Assembly: GCA_965261595.1 (NCBI GenBank)
Contig: CBDHDG010000006.1
Span: 32,001 to 96,000 of the forward strand
DNA: 64,000 nucleotides
Direction of reading: 5' to 3'
Source: a bacterium
GTDB lineage: Bacteria > UBA8248 > JACPRG01 > G963555815
The translations under genes were made by a program, and so were the position numbers. Shown here one piece after another: positions 39,513 to 49,810 of this stretch (position 1 is the first letter of the stretch; each line of letters begins with the position of its first letter). The notes beneath the pieces were generated by a model, which made no database searches, had not been told where the DNA came from, and worked only from the letters and a program-made list of their open reading frames with translations.

Positions 39513-41057
39513 TCAGCCTTCGGGATCAACGCTCTTCTTCAGCGTCTCGATGGAGACCTTCCCCAGGTTCCCGCGGGGGAGCCCGGCCATCACATGAATC
39601 CGCTTCGGGCGCTTGAAGCGCGACAACTGGGCGGCGCAGTGCTCCAGCAGGTCTTCCGGCGACAGCGTCTCGCCCCGCTTGGGCGCAACGGCCGCGTGAA
39701 CCGCCTCGCCCCACTTGGGGTCCGGAACCCCGAAGACGGCGGCCTCCCGGACGTGGGGATGGGCCAGGAGCGCGGCCTCGATTTCGTCCGGAAAGATGCT
39801 GCGACCCCCGGACTTGATGAGGTTCTTGATCCGGCCGCGCACGTAAACGTATCCCTCCCGGTCAACGCACCCGACATCTCCGGTCCTGAACCACTCGCCG
39901 AAGAACGCGGCGGAGGCGGCCTCGGGATTCCGGTAATAGCCATCGGAAGCGAGCGGCCCCCGGCAGACGATCTCCCCGATCTCCCCGGCGGGGAGGTCCC
40001 GCCCGTTCGGGTCCGCGATCTTCAGCTCCATCCCCCAGATGGCCCGGCCCGCCCGCGTCGGATCGCCTTCCATCTCCTCGGGCCGCAGGACCGTCATGAT
40101 GCCGGTGTCCACGGAGGCATAGGTTTGATAGAGGTTCGGGCTGATCTTCCCCCGAATCTCCCGCCGCAAATCCATCGGGATCGACGACCCGGTGTTTCTC
40201 ATCGACCGAAGCGCGCTTCCGTCGAAATCCACCGAATCCACCGCATCCACGAGGGATTGAAAGGCCGTGGGGACCAGGCTGAACGTCGTCACCTTCTCGC
40301 GCGTCACGATATCGAGGAACCGGACGGGATCGAATCTGGGCTCCAGGATAACGCTCGCCCCGAGCGCCAGGCAGGCGAAGGTCGATCCCCGGCCGGCCCC
40401 GAGAAAAAGCGGCAGCCCCACCACCTCCAACTCATCGGAACCCATCTTGAATTCCGCCGAGTAGGAGATACACCGGTAGAGGTAAGCCCCGTGACTGACA
40501 ACGCACCCCTTCGGCGTCCCCGTCGTCCCCGAGGTCAGCATGACCATGAAGGGGTCCCGCTCGGAGACGGTCACCTCGGGCGGGCTGTCCTCCTCCCGCT
40601 CAATCAGGTCTTCATGCCGAAGGCCGGCGTCTTGGGTCCGGTCCCCGACGACGACAAGGTTGAAGGCGTCCGCACCGCGCCCCCCGGCCCCTCCCTTCCC
40701 CTCCCCCTCCAGGCTCCGGAGAAGATTCTCCGCCGCCGCCTCTTCGACCACGAACGTCGAGACGCCGAAGAATACGGCCAAGCGGGAGAATTCGGCCGCT
40801 GTCCCGGCCGGGTCGATCGGAACGCCGACCGCGCCGGCCTTGGCCACGGCGAACGCCGCCTCCAGGTGCTCGACCCGGTTGCCGAGAACGATCCCGACCA
40901 GGTCCCCTTTGCGAACGTTCAAGGACAAAAGACCCCGGGCGAGACGGTTGGCGCGACGCTCGAGGGCTTCGTAGGTGACCGACCGCCGGGGATCCCGCGC
41001 GGCCATTTTCTCCGGAAACCGGGCTGCGTGAATTCTGGGCAAGAGACCGATGTGCAC
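39513..41057 (-). CDS. Acyl/aryl-CoA ligase (AMP-binding)
   Basis: TSGTTGTPKG, WFRTGD, GRIKNLIKSGG, GVPDPKWGE, LGKV. Confidence 0.92.
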   Translation of the reverse strand: MHIGLLPRIHAARFPEKMAARDPRRSVTYEALERRANRLARGLLSLNVRKGDLVGIVLGNRVEHLEAAFAVAKAGAVGVPIDPAGTAAEFSRLAVFFGVSTFVVEEAAAENLLRSLEGEGKGGAGGRGADAFNLVVVGDRTQDAGLRHEDLIEREEDSPPEVTVSERDPFMVMLTSGTTGTPKGCVVSHGAYLYRCISYSAEFKMGSDELEVVGLPLFLGAGRGSTFACLALGASVILEPRFDPVRFLDIVTREKVTTFSLVPTAFQSLVDAVDSVDFDGSALRSMRNTGSSIPMDLRREIRGKISPNLYQTYASVDTGIMTVLRPEEMEGDPTRAGRAIWGMELKIADPNGRDLPAGEIGEIVCRGPLASDGYYRNPEAASAAFFGEWFRTGDVGCVDREGYVYVRGRIKNLIKSGGRSIFPDEIEAALLAHPHVREAAVFGVPDPKWGEAVHAAVAPKRGETLSPEDLLEHCAAQLSRFKRPKRIHVMAGLPRGNLGKVSIETLKKSVDPEG

Positions 41058-41238
41058 GGGTCATCGCCTCCGTAAAACCCGGATCTTGGGTCATCAAAGG
41101 AAGGAGAGGCCCTCACGGGCGAGCCACAGCCGGGGCCGCGTCCCGGGGCGGAAAATTCGGTCCGCCAACCGAACGGTCCTCCGACCGGAACGGTCCACCG
41201 ACCGGGGGCACCCTCCGGAGGAGGCCCTGCGTGAAAGA

Positions 41239-42432
41239 TCAGGAAACCGCCGAGCCCTCCGGCTCCTCGCCCACGGCGTCGTCGCCGCGCGCCCGCTTCT
41301 TGGCGGTGGGGGCGTAGCCCCCCGACTTCATCTTCGAGGCCACGTCCAGGATCGCCTTCATCGAGTCCGGCACGCCGCCCGGGTAGGCGTCGTCCGGACA
41401 CCGGCTGTCGCGCATGTACGTGCACGGACGGCACTCGATGCAGCGGAGGATTTCATCCCCCCTTCCGGCGAGCGCCTTGCGGGTATAGTGCGGGTCGGTC
41501 AGCATCCCTCGCGCGACGGCGACGAAGTCCGCCTCCATCTCCATGTACCCCTCGATCCGGCCGGGGTCGAAGGCCGCCCCGTTGGCGACGAGGGGAACGT
41601 CCACGGTCCGGCGGAGCCGGGCGAACGCCGGGTTGTAGAGATCCGGGCCGACGGGGACGCCGACGCGGGCGTTCCGGGAGCAGTGGAGGATGTCCACCCC
41701 GGCCTCGACCAGCGCCGGGGCCAACGCCAGGGTGTCCTCGACGGTGTAGCCGTCCTCCCAGGGCTCCAGCAGGCCCAGGCGGTAGCTGATGACCATGTCC
41801 TCCCCGGCGGCCTCCCGGACGGCCCGGGCCACTTCGAGCGGGAAGCGCATCCGGTTCTCCAGGCCGCCGCCGTACTCGTCCGTCCGCCGGTTGGACGCGG
41901 GCGAGAAGAACTGCTGGCAGAGGTACCAGGTGGCGCCGTGGATTTCGACCACCTCGATCCCCGCCTCCCGGGCCCGCCGGGCGGCCTCGCCGTAAGCGGC
42001 CACGGCGGTTTTCACCTCTTCCGTGGAGAGCTCGCGGGGAACCTCGTCTTCGGTGGGATGGGGAATGGGAGAAGGCCCGACGATCGGCATCCCCGATATG
42101 GCGCTCAAGGCCGTCCGGCCGGCGTGGAAGATCTGCAGCCCCAAAGGCGCGTCCGCCGTCCGGACCTCCTCCGCCAACCGCTTCAGGGGGGGGACGAGGG
42201 CGTCGTCGTGCGCGCCGAGCTGATCGGGAAAGCCCTTCCCTTCCGGGGTGACATGGACGGCTTCGGTGAAGCAAACGGCGGCGGCGCCGCGCGCCCGTTC
42301 CGTGTAATGGGCGAACGTCCAGTCCGACGGACTGCCGTCCTTGTTGGCCCGGGAGGTCGTCATGGCGGACATGAGGATGCGATTCTTCAGCCGAAGACCG
42401 CGGATCTCTATGGGGTCGGTGAACTTCGCCAT
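41239..42432 (-). CDS. NADH:flavin oxidoreductase (OYE-like) with Fe-S cysteine motif
   Basis: LKNRILMSAM, EIHGA, NRRTDEYGG, CIECRPC. Confidence 0.9.
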   Translation of the reverse strand: MAKFTDPIEIRGLRLKNRILMSAMTTSRANKDGSPSDWTFAHYTERARGAAAVCFTEAVHVTPEGKGFPDQLGAHDDALVPPLKRLAEEVRTADAPLGLQIFHAGRTALSAISGMPIVGPSPIPHPTEDEVPRELSTEEVKTAVAAYGEAARRAREAGIEVVEIHGATWYLCQQFFSPASNRRTDEYGGGLENRMRFPLEVARAVREAAGEDMVISYRLGLLEPWEDGYTVEDTLALAPALVEAGVDILHCSRNARVGVPVGPDLYNPAFARLRRTVDVPLVANGAAFDPGRIEGYMEMEADFVAVARGMLTDPHYTRKALAGRGDEILRCIECRPCTYMRDSRCPDDAYPGGVPDSMKAILDVASKMKSGGYAPTAKKRARGDDAVGEEPEGSAVS

Positions 42433-42515
42433 CGATGCCTCCTCTCACTGCCTCGGGGACGAATTCCGGCGGCGGAGCGCGGAAGGCGATGGCCGCAACT
42501 TCCCCCCGGATTCCC

Positions 42516-43103
42516 TCATCGCCGGTCCGGAGCGAGCCGGTCGAGCGGGAGGGGACAGACGCCGTTCACGTCGACGCGCAGGGCGCCGTTGAACTTGCTG
42601 TGATAGTTCTGCATGGCGATGGCCGAGGTGAGGCTGACAATCTCGGCGTCGTCGAAGTGTCCGCGGACTTCCTCGAAGCAGGCGTCGTCCACCTCGAGGC
42701 GGGTGTCCGTCATCCGTTCGGCGTATTCCAGGGCGGCCCGTTCCCGCTCGGTGAAGAGCGGACTCCCGCGGAACCCGGCCAGGGCCGACACCTTCTCCGC
42801 CGCGGGGCCCTCGACGCCTCCTCCTTCCGTTTTCAGCCACCTGGCCGAATGGAGGTCGATTCAGTGAAGACAGCCGTTGATCTGCGAGACGCGGATGTTG
42901 ACGAGCGTCCTAAGGCCGTCCGGGATGCGGGGGTCGGTCTCGGTGGCCTGGATCATCACCGTGACCGCCTTCAGGATCCCGGGCGCATGGGCGCGGGCCC
43001 GGGTTGTGGTCAGCACCCTCCCCAGATGTTCCTTCTGCGCGTCGTAGACGCTCCGGACCTCCTCGGGGGCGTCTTCATATTCAATCAGGGGCACTCGGGC
43101 CAT
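42516..43103 (-). CDS. AhpD/carboxymuconolactone-decarboxylase-family protein with in-frame TGA (probable selenocysteine)
   Basis: VSQINGCLH-TGA(42861-42863)-IDLHS continues in frame to FTERERAALEYAERMT; SECIS-like hairpin follows. Confidence 0.82.
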
Positions 43104-43246
43104 TTCCCATCCTCCCCACCGGCGCTCTCGGCCCGGTCCGAGAGCCGCCCATTGTCGCTCAGGCCCAGCCAAGCGGGCGGAGACGGAACCCGGTCCCGCT
43201 CACGGCCCGGCGGTCTTGAAATTGTCCGGGAATGCGGCTCAAAGGA

Positions 43247-43829
43247 TCAAAAGGCGGCAACCGCTTCACCGCGCAGTGCGGCGACGGCGTCCTCCAGCGA
43301 CATGACTCGGGTTCCGTAGAATCTCCGCATGTAGCTCAGCGCGCTTCGATGGTCTTCCTCCGACGGACTGGAAACGGCGTCTTCCACCACGGCCGTCCGG
43401 TAACAAAGGCTCCAGGCGTCCATCACCGTGTGCTGCACCGCAGGCGTCCGTCCAGGTCCCGCCGAAGTAAAGCTCCGTGACGCCCAGCTCCCGCAGAACC
43501 AGGTCCAATCGGGTTCCCTGAAACCCGCTGTACCGCTTCTTGCGGATCTGGAAGTCGCCCGGCCGGGGGTCGAGCGCGTCCAAAACCTCCGCGTCCGGCG
43601 TGCCGACGATGCAATGGGGGCCGAAAATCTTGAAATGGATGTCGATGTCCACTTCTTCCGGCCAAAAGTTGTCCTTGATGAAAATGACGGCGACGCCCGC
43701 CTCCCGGACCGCCTCGATGAGCGCCCGGTTGGCCTCGATGAGCCGGCCGGAATTCAAGGGCGCCGGAACGGGATCTCCCTTGAAGAATCCCTTGAGCATA
43801 TCGACAATGACAACGGCCGGCCTCGCCAT
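43247..43829 (-). CDS. Isochorismatase/cysteine hydrolase (frameshift near 43440)
   Basis: IVDML, HCIVGT, KKRYSGF, GTWTDAC then VQHTVMDA. Confidence 0.85.
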
Positions 43830-43929
43830 GGGGGGGGGGTCTCCTCTGGAGGGGGCGGACGGCGAGCGGCGCGCGAGGCACCGTGTGGAGACCGAATCTC
43901 CGGATGACTTCCCCGGGAATCGGGAGGGG

Positions 43930-45039
43930 TCAGGAGGCCGTCCGCACCGCGCCCGCGGGCCGCAGGCGGCTCTCATCGGCGCCAAAGTAATAAAGCCTAT
44001 CCTGCTGCAGATGAACGCTGACGGCGGCGCCCGTCTGGAAATTGCGGTGTCCCTCGACCACGGCGATGAGGTTTTTCTCGCTCCCATAATCCAGGTAGAG
44101 CAGGATATCCTTCCCGAGGGGCTCCACCAGAACGATTTTCGCGCTGAAATCCTTGTCTCCCGCACTCCCCGCATCACCGACGGCCATGTGCTCCGGCCGG
44201 ATTCCGAGGGTGACCGGCCCCTCCACCTCCGGGACGGAACCGCTGAGGTGGACGATGAACTCGCCCGCCCGGAAGGACGGCGCTCCGTTCTCCCGGTGGA
44301 TCTCCCCCTCCAGGAGGTTCATCGGGGGAGACCCGAAGAAGTCCGCGACAAACAGGTTGACCGGGTCGTGGTAGATCTCCAGCGGGGTTCCCACCTGATC
44401 GATGTGCCCGTCCCTCATGACGACGATCCGGTCGGCCAGCGTCATGGCCTCTTCCTGATCGTGGGTGACGTAGACGAAGGTCGTCCCCAGCTCTTTGTGC
44501 AGGCGGTCGACCTCGGCCCGCATCTCCTTCCGGAGCTTCGCGTCCAGGTTGCTCAGGGGCTCATCCAGCAGAAACACCTGCGGTTGGGTGATCAATGTCC
44601 GAGCGAGGGCGACGCGCTGCGCCTCGCCCCCTGAGAGCTGCCCCGGAAGCTTGGACAGAAGCGGATGAATCCGGACCATCCGGGCCACGTCCTCTACGAG
44701 GCGTCGGCGCTCTTCCGGGTCCACCTTCTTCATCTTGGGCCCGAAACCGATGTTGTCGAAGACGTTCATGTGGGGAAACAGGGCCAGGTTCTGGAAGACG
44801 AGCCCGATGTCCCGCGCACCCGGTTCCAGGTCGTTGACGCGCACGGCGCCAATATAGATATCTCCCCGGGTGGGCTCCTCGAGACCGGCGATCATCCGCA
44901 GGGTCGTCGTCTTCCCGCACCCCGACGGGCCGACCAAGACGACGAACTCCTCTTCTTCGATCGTCAGGTTGGTATTCGCGACAGCGACCACGCCGCCGCC
45001 GAACTCCTTGCGAAGATTTTCCAGACGAATGCTTCCCAC
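43930..45039 (-). CDS. CUT1 ABC ATPase
   Basis: [27 protein letters not shown]. Confidence 0.95.
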   Translation of the reverse strand: MGSIRLENLRKEFGGGVVAVANTNLTIEEEEFVVLVGPSGCGKTTTLRMIAGLEEPTRGDIYIGAVRVNDLEPGARDIGLVFQNLALFPHMNVFDNIGFGPKMKKVDPEERRRLVEDVARMVRIHPLLSKLPGQLSGGEAQRVALARTLITQPQVFLLDEPLSNLDAKLRKEMRAEVDRLHKELGTTFVYVTHDQEEAMTLADRIVVMRDGHIDQVGTPLEIYHDPVNLFVADFFGSPPMNLLEGEIHRENGAPSFRAGEFIVHLSGSVPEVEGPVTLGIRPEHMAVGDAGSAGDKDFSAKIVLVEPLGKDILLYLDYGSEKNLIAVVEGHRNFQTGAAVSVHLQQDRLYYFGADESRLRPAGAVRTAS

Positions 45040-45042
45040 GCC

Positions 45043-45927
45043 TTATTGCCTCCGTATCATCCCAAAGGAGAATCCGCGAACCAGGTGTTTGTGAATCAAG
45101 ATCCCGATGACGATGAGGGGGATGGTCACGCCGATGGACATGGCGGACTGGAGTCCGTAGAGCCTTCCCTCGCTCGCCCCCTCGAACTTGCTGAGCTGCA
45201 CCGGCATGGTTTGCGCATCGGCCGCCGTCATGACCAGGGCCAGGAGATACTCGCTCCACGTCAAGATGAGAATGAACATGCACGTCGCCACAATACCTGA
45301 CCGGATCAGAGGGACGACGATGGTGAAAAACGCCCGGAGCTTGCTCGCCCCCAGGAGCTGGGCGGCCTGCTCCATCTCCTCCGGCACCTCATCGATGAAG
45401 GACTTGGTCATCCAGGCCGCGTAAGGGATGGTCGTGATCGTGTAGATGATGATCATCCCGTGCCAGGTGTCCAGAAATTTCAGCGTCGAATACCAGATCA
45501 CGAGGGGGATGGCGATGACGATGGGGGGCATCATCCGGAGTATGAGGAGGTTGAACATCCGCCTTTCCGGGATGATCTGGTAGCGCGAGACCCCATAGGC
45601 CAACAGGAGTCCGATGGCCACGGAAAGGAGGGTCGCACTGCCCGCAATGACGACGCTGTTCCCCAGAGCCAGGAGGGGATCCAGGTTGATGGTGGGCAAT
45701 ACGATGCCCGGACGCGGGATCATCTGGTATCCCATCCAGGTGACGTAGAAGTTCTCCAATGTAGGCGGAGATGGAAACCAAGTGGGCGGCCAGGTGTACC
45801 ACTGCTCCGGGAGCTTGAATGCGGTCGTCACCATCCAATAGATGGGGAGGATCGATATGAGCAGCCACAAAGAGAGCAGGGCATGTCGGACGCTTAAGAA
45901 AACCTTCCTCCGTGTGTCTCGTCTCAA
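45043..45927 (-). CDS. CUT1 ABC permease
   Basis: VPEEMEQAAQLLGA EAA motif. Confidence 0.92.
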   Translation of the reverse strand: MRRDTRRKVFLSVRHALLSLWLLISILPIYWMVTTAFKLPEQWYTWPPTWFPSPPTLENFYVTWMGYQMIPRPGIVLPTINLDPLLALGNSVVIAGSATLLSVAIGLLLAYGVSRYQIIPERRMFNLLILRMMPPIVIAIPLVIWYSTLKFLDTWHGMIIIYTITTIPYAAWMTKSFIDEVPEEMEQAAQLLGASKLRAFFTIVVPLIRSGIVATCMFILILTWSEYLLALVMTAADAQTMPVQLSKFEGASEGRLYGLQSAMSIGVTIPLIVIGILIHKHLVRGFSFGMIRRQ

Positions 45928-45931
45928 GATT

Positions 45932-46858
45932 TCAGCCCTCCGTCTTCGCGAACATCACGTCCAGGGACTGTTTCTGCCGCAGCAACGTCCGGATGGCGAA
46001 GTAGATGATGGTCCCCACGAGCAGGAGGACGATGTAGCTCATGGCCGCCGCATGCGAGACGTTCGCATACTCCCAGGCCGTCAGGTAGAGGTAGACAGGG
46101 ATGGTCTCCGTGGCGGTTCCCGGCCCCCCTTGGGTGATGGTCCAGAACTTGGGGAACTCGGCCAGGGCTTCCAGGAATCTCAAGATGATCGCCAATAAAA
46201 TGACCGGTTTCAGAAGGGGCAGCGTCACGTGGGCGAAGATCTGCCACCGGCTGGCACCCAGGACCTGGGCGGCCTCGACGGGCTCCTTCGGCATGCTCAC
46301 CAACCCCGCCAGCAGGATGATCATGACAAAGGGGGTCCAGTTCCAGGTCTCGATCAGGACCATGCTGGCAAAGGCCGCGGTGGGGTCCCCCAGCCAGGAG
46401 AGCCGGATGTCCCCGGGGACAAAGAGGCTCAGGATCTGGTTGATGGGGCCGTCCTGGTAGAGAAGCATCTGAAAGGTGAAACCGATGACCACGGGAACCG
46501 TGAGCATCGGGATGATGAAGATCATGTAGTAAAAGCCCCGGCCGCGGAAGGGTTTTTGAAGGAGATAGGCCAGGCCGAAGCCGAGGAGGAGAGTGAGGAG
46601 GGTCGAGAGCCCCGCGAAGATGAAAGACCTGGCCAGCGCCAGAAGGAATCGCTCCTCGGTGAGGGCCTCCCAAAAGACCTCGAGACCAACGAATTCCGCG
46701 CTCCACCAGGGTCCCAGGTAGGCCGTCCACTGGTGGAGGGTGAGATAGATTTGGAGGAGGAGGACAGGGATCATAAACAGGAGGGCGAGAACAATGGGGG
46801 TGAGCGCCCCCCAACGGAGGAGCCCGCCCTTTCGCCTGACCGGGGTTGCCTGGACCAT
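45932..46858 (-). CDS. CUT1 ABC permease
   Basis: WNWTPF, PKEPVEAAQVLGA, GGPGTATET; start uncertain. Confidence 0.9.
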   Translation of the reverse strand: MVQATPVRRKGGLLRWGALTPIVLALLFMIPVLLLQIYLTLHQWTAYLGPWWSAEFVGLEVFWEALTEERFLLALARSFIFAGLSTLLTLLLGFGLAYLLQKPFRGRGFYYMIFIIPMLTVPVVIGFTFQMLLYQDGPINQILSLFVPGDIRLSWLGDPTAAFASMVLIETWNWTPFVMIILLAGLVSMPKEPVEAAQVLGASRWQIFAHVTLPLLKPVILLAIILRFLEALAEFPKFWTITQGGPGTATETIPVYLYLTAWEYANVSHAAAMSYIVLLLVGTIIYFAIRTLLRQKQSLDVMFAKTEG

Positions 46859-46936
46859 CTTTCTCCAACTCAAATAAGAGCGTAGGCCCGGGGACCCCAA
46901 GGCCCCCGGGCCTACGTCAGCTACATCGCTTCAGCC

Positions 46937-48397
46937 CTACTTCGGAACATCGACCTTGGGCATCGCGGCGCGGTACGACTTCACGTCCTTCTTCATCCGC
47001 GCTTTCCCGACCCGGCGGATGATTTTGTGCCAGTCTTTCTCGATCTGCTTCAAGGCCTCTCGGGGTTTGACGAGCCCGAGCCAGGCGTTCGAGATGTTCT
47101 TGTCGAGGGTGTCGTTAAACTCCTGCGCCCCTGTCGTACGGACCATCGGGGAGTTGATCTGCTGGTTGAGGTAAATGGCGTCCGTGCCGGCGGGCGTGTA
47201 GGCCTTGCGGACTTCGGGGTCTGTGAAGTGCTCCTCCCGCCAGGGGTCGTGCACGGGGCTGATAGACCCGCCGACGATGTAGGTGGAGTTGCGCTTTGAT
47301 GTCCACCACATGGCCAAGTGGGCCGCCGCGGCCTTGTTCTTGCCAAAGTCATTCACCACAACGAGGGGCGGGCCGGCCGCACACGTCCGGGCGATCTTCC
47401 TCCCATCCGGCATCTCGTTCGCGGGCACGGCACCATGGGCCCACTTCCCGGCCGACTTCGACTTCTTGGCGTTCTCCAGGATGGGCAGAACGCCTCCCCA
47501 GTAGATGCTCTGGTAGCCCTTCGCCCCGCCGAGATGCAGCCACATCTGGGCGGTCCCCCAGTTGTCGAGGTCCTTCGTAACGTACTTCTTCTCCGCGAGA
47601 TAGGCCCCGAGGGCCGCTTCGGCGGTGTCGTTGTCGAAGTTCAAGGAAAGGTCGTCGTTGAAGGGGAAGAGCCCGTGGTTGTAGTAGTTGATGAAGAACC
47701 ACCAAAACCCCCAGCGCCTCGCCCGAAGGTTCCCGAAGCCGGTCATCTTGTTCGGGTCCGATCCGAAGTACGCGCCCTGATTGAGGTACTCCTTCCAGGT
47801 GGTGGCGAACTTCAGGGGGACGCCGTACTTGTCCGCGTAGCGCTTCTGGTGATCCGGATCTTCCAGGAGGTCTTTGCGGACAAAATACGTGTGGCAGTTT
47901 CCGTCCGTCACCAGCCCGATGGTCTTTCCATCGATCTGAGACATCTCGACGAACGTCCCCACGCTCGAATAGTCGAATTTGGCCGACTCCATGTAATCAT
48001 TGAGCGGTGCCGCGAGACCCCCGGTGTACAGGGTCGGGACGGTGTCGCTGTGGACGTGCAACAGGTCGATCTTCCCGGAGCGCGACACCATCTCCGCCAT
48101 GGCCCGCGAGGACAGCTGGGGGAACCCGATGTCGATGGGTTTCCCGAGGCCGATCCCCGTACGCTTCTTGAAGGCGGCCGCCAGCTCCACCATTTCACCC
48201 TTGGAGTGGCCGCCCCAGGCGACAAAGCTCAGGTCTACGTTCTTATTCAGCTTTTTCGCTGACTCGATGATGCGCTCTTCATCGGGCCCTGGATCAGGCA
48301 CACTTGTGTAGGCGTCGGCCTTGGTGTGAACAAAGGGGCCCGCCGCAGCCATCGCCCCCGCCGCCATTGTTCCCTTGAGAAACGTTCTGCGCTTCAT
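46937..48397 (-). CDS. Tat-exported extracellular solute-binding protein
   Basis: MKRRTFLK twin-arginine signal; SBP_bac_1-like body. Confidence 0.9.
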   Translation of the reverse strand: MKRRTFLKGTMAAGAMAAAGPFVHTKADAYTSVPDPGPDEERIIESAKKLNKNVDLSFVAWGGHSKGEMVELAAAFKKRTGIGLGKPIDIGFPQLSSRAMAEMVSRSGKIDLLHVHSDTVPTLYTGGLAAPLNDYMESAKFDYSSVGTFVEMSQIDGKTIGLVTDGNCHTYFVRKDLLEDPDHQKRYADKYGVPLKFATTWKEYLNQGAYFGSDPNKMTGFGNLRARRWGFWWFFINYYNHGLFPFNDDLSLNFDNDTAEAALGAYLAEKKYVTKDLDNWGTAQMWLHLGGAKGYQSIYWGGVLPILENAKKSKSAGKWAHGAVPANEMPDGRKIARTCAAGPPLVVVNDFGKNKAAAAHLAMWWTSKRNSTYIVGGSISPVHDPWREEHFTDPEVRKAYTPAGTDAIYLNQQINSPMVRTTGAQEFNDTLDKNISNAWLGLVKPREALKQIEKDWHKIIRRVGKARMKKDVKSYRAAMPKVDVPK

Positions 48398-48504
48398 TCC
48401 ATTCCCTCCTCCCGTTGGCCGCTCCCCCCAGAAGGACCCCCCTCCTGGCGAATAAGAGCGGCAGGCTCAAGACTTCGCAGGTCGTACAGACGCCACCGCT
48501 ACCT

Positions 48505-48548
48505 CATGGACGTTTGGAGTACACCCCATGGACGTTTGGAGTACACCC
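48505..48548. repeat. Perfect 22-bp tandem duplication
   Basis: CATGGACGTTTGGAGTACACCC twice (48505-48526 and 48527-48548). Confidence 0.9.
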
Positions 48549-48640
48549 CAGTCGGCAACTCCGCCACAACTCCGTTTCCCATGACCGGCCTTCCTGCGTC
48601 GCTTTTGCCGCCCAGGCGGGACGAAGCCGGAACCCCATCC

Positions 48641-49381
48641 TCAATCAGGCCCCTTGGCCTCGGCGCCCGCCGCGATCTTCTCCTTGAACTCCTCGTTGGT
48701 CAGTGTCCATCCCAGGCACCGGGCGACGTTCTGGAGGCCCAGGACGTGGAGGTCGTCGCCGTACATGCTGGCGACGCAATCGGACATCACGATCACCCGA
48801 TAATCTTTGTTGAAAGCGGTGAAGGCCGTGTTCATCACGCAGGTGTTCGTGTTGATGCCCATGAGACAAACGTTCTCAACGCCCAGGGACAAGAGCAAGC
48901 CTTCCAAATCCGTCCCCATGAAACAGTCCAGGCGCTTTTTGTTGTCGATCACGTAGTCGCCTTCGGCGTAGAGGCTGGGGATGATCTCCGTCTGGACCGA
49001 GCCCATGATGTTGTGGTCGTCCACGGTGCTTTTGCGCCCGGGGCTCAGCCGGTTCTTTTCGTCCTGGATATCGTGGAGCGCCTTCCAGAAGGGGACCCGC
49101 ATCCCCTCGCTCCCCAGGCCGGGAATCTTGCGGAAGACCAGCTTCACATGGACGATGGGAACGCCGTGGACGCGGGCGAAGTCGATGACGTCCTCAGCGG
49201 CCTTGATCACCCGCTCGGCGTCCTCCGCCGAGGCGGGCATGGTGGCCACCTCCGGGTCCAGGTGCCCCCGGTGCATGTCGATGGTCACAATGGCCGATTT
49301 CTCGGGCTCCAAGGTCAGCATCGACGCAAGCTGATCTCTCATCTCGGAACGATCGACGATCTCAACGGTCGCCATGTTCAC
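48641..49381 (-). CDS. Isochorismatase/cysteine hydrolase
   Basis: VTIDMH, KKRLDCF, GINTNTCV, SDCVAS. Confidence 0.9.
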   Translation of the reverse strand: MNMATVEIVDRSEMRDQLASMLTLEPEKSAIVTIDMHRGHLDPEVATMPASAEDAERVIKAAEDVIDFARVHGVPIVHVKLVFRKIPGLGSEGMRVPFWKALHDIQDEKNRLSPGRKSTVDDHNIMGSVQTEIIPSLYAEGDYVIDNKKRLDCFMGTDLEGLLLSLGVENVCLMGINTNTCVMNTAFTAFNKDYRVIVMSDCVASMYGDDLHVLGLQNVARCLGWTLTNEEFKEKIAAGAEAKGPD

Positions 49382-49810
49382 ACCTCCTCCAGATTAGGGC
49401 GGGGATCCATCTCTCCCCCAGGAAACGGCAGAAGCGGCATTCACAACCCAAAGAACCAAAATTCCATGACAGCGAATGGATCGTAAAACCGATGGGTGCG
49501 CCGAGCCCCCCACTCCGGCCATCGGTTGACTGGTTATCCCCTATTGGTGCGTTGGGCGTGCCCCGGTCGGATCAAACTGCACATTGCATCATTTTACCAC
49601 ATCAAAGACGAATGTCAAGCGGGCCAGATTCGGAAATCATTTAAAGGAGGATTCTCCGGTCCGGGACCCCCCGGCTCACGGGTGCCAGAACCAGACCTGA
49701 TGCATTAAATCGCCGCGGCCGTTCACCCGGGCGCGAACCTGTTCGTACCAGAGGATCTTCCCGTCGGCGGTCTTGATCTCGACCGTCGCCTTTCCCAGCC
49801 GCACTCTCCG

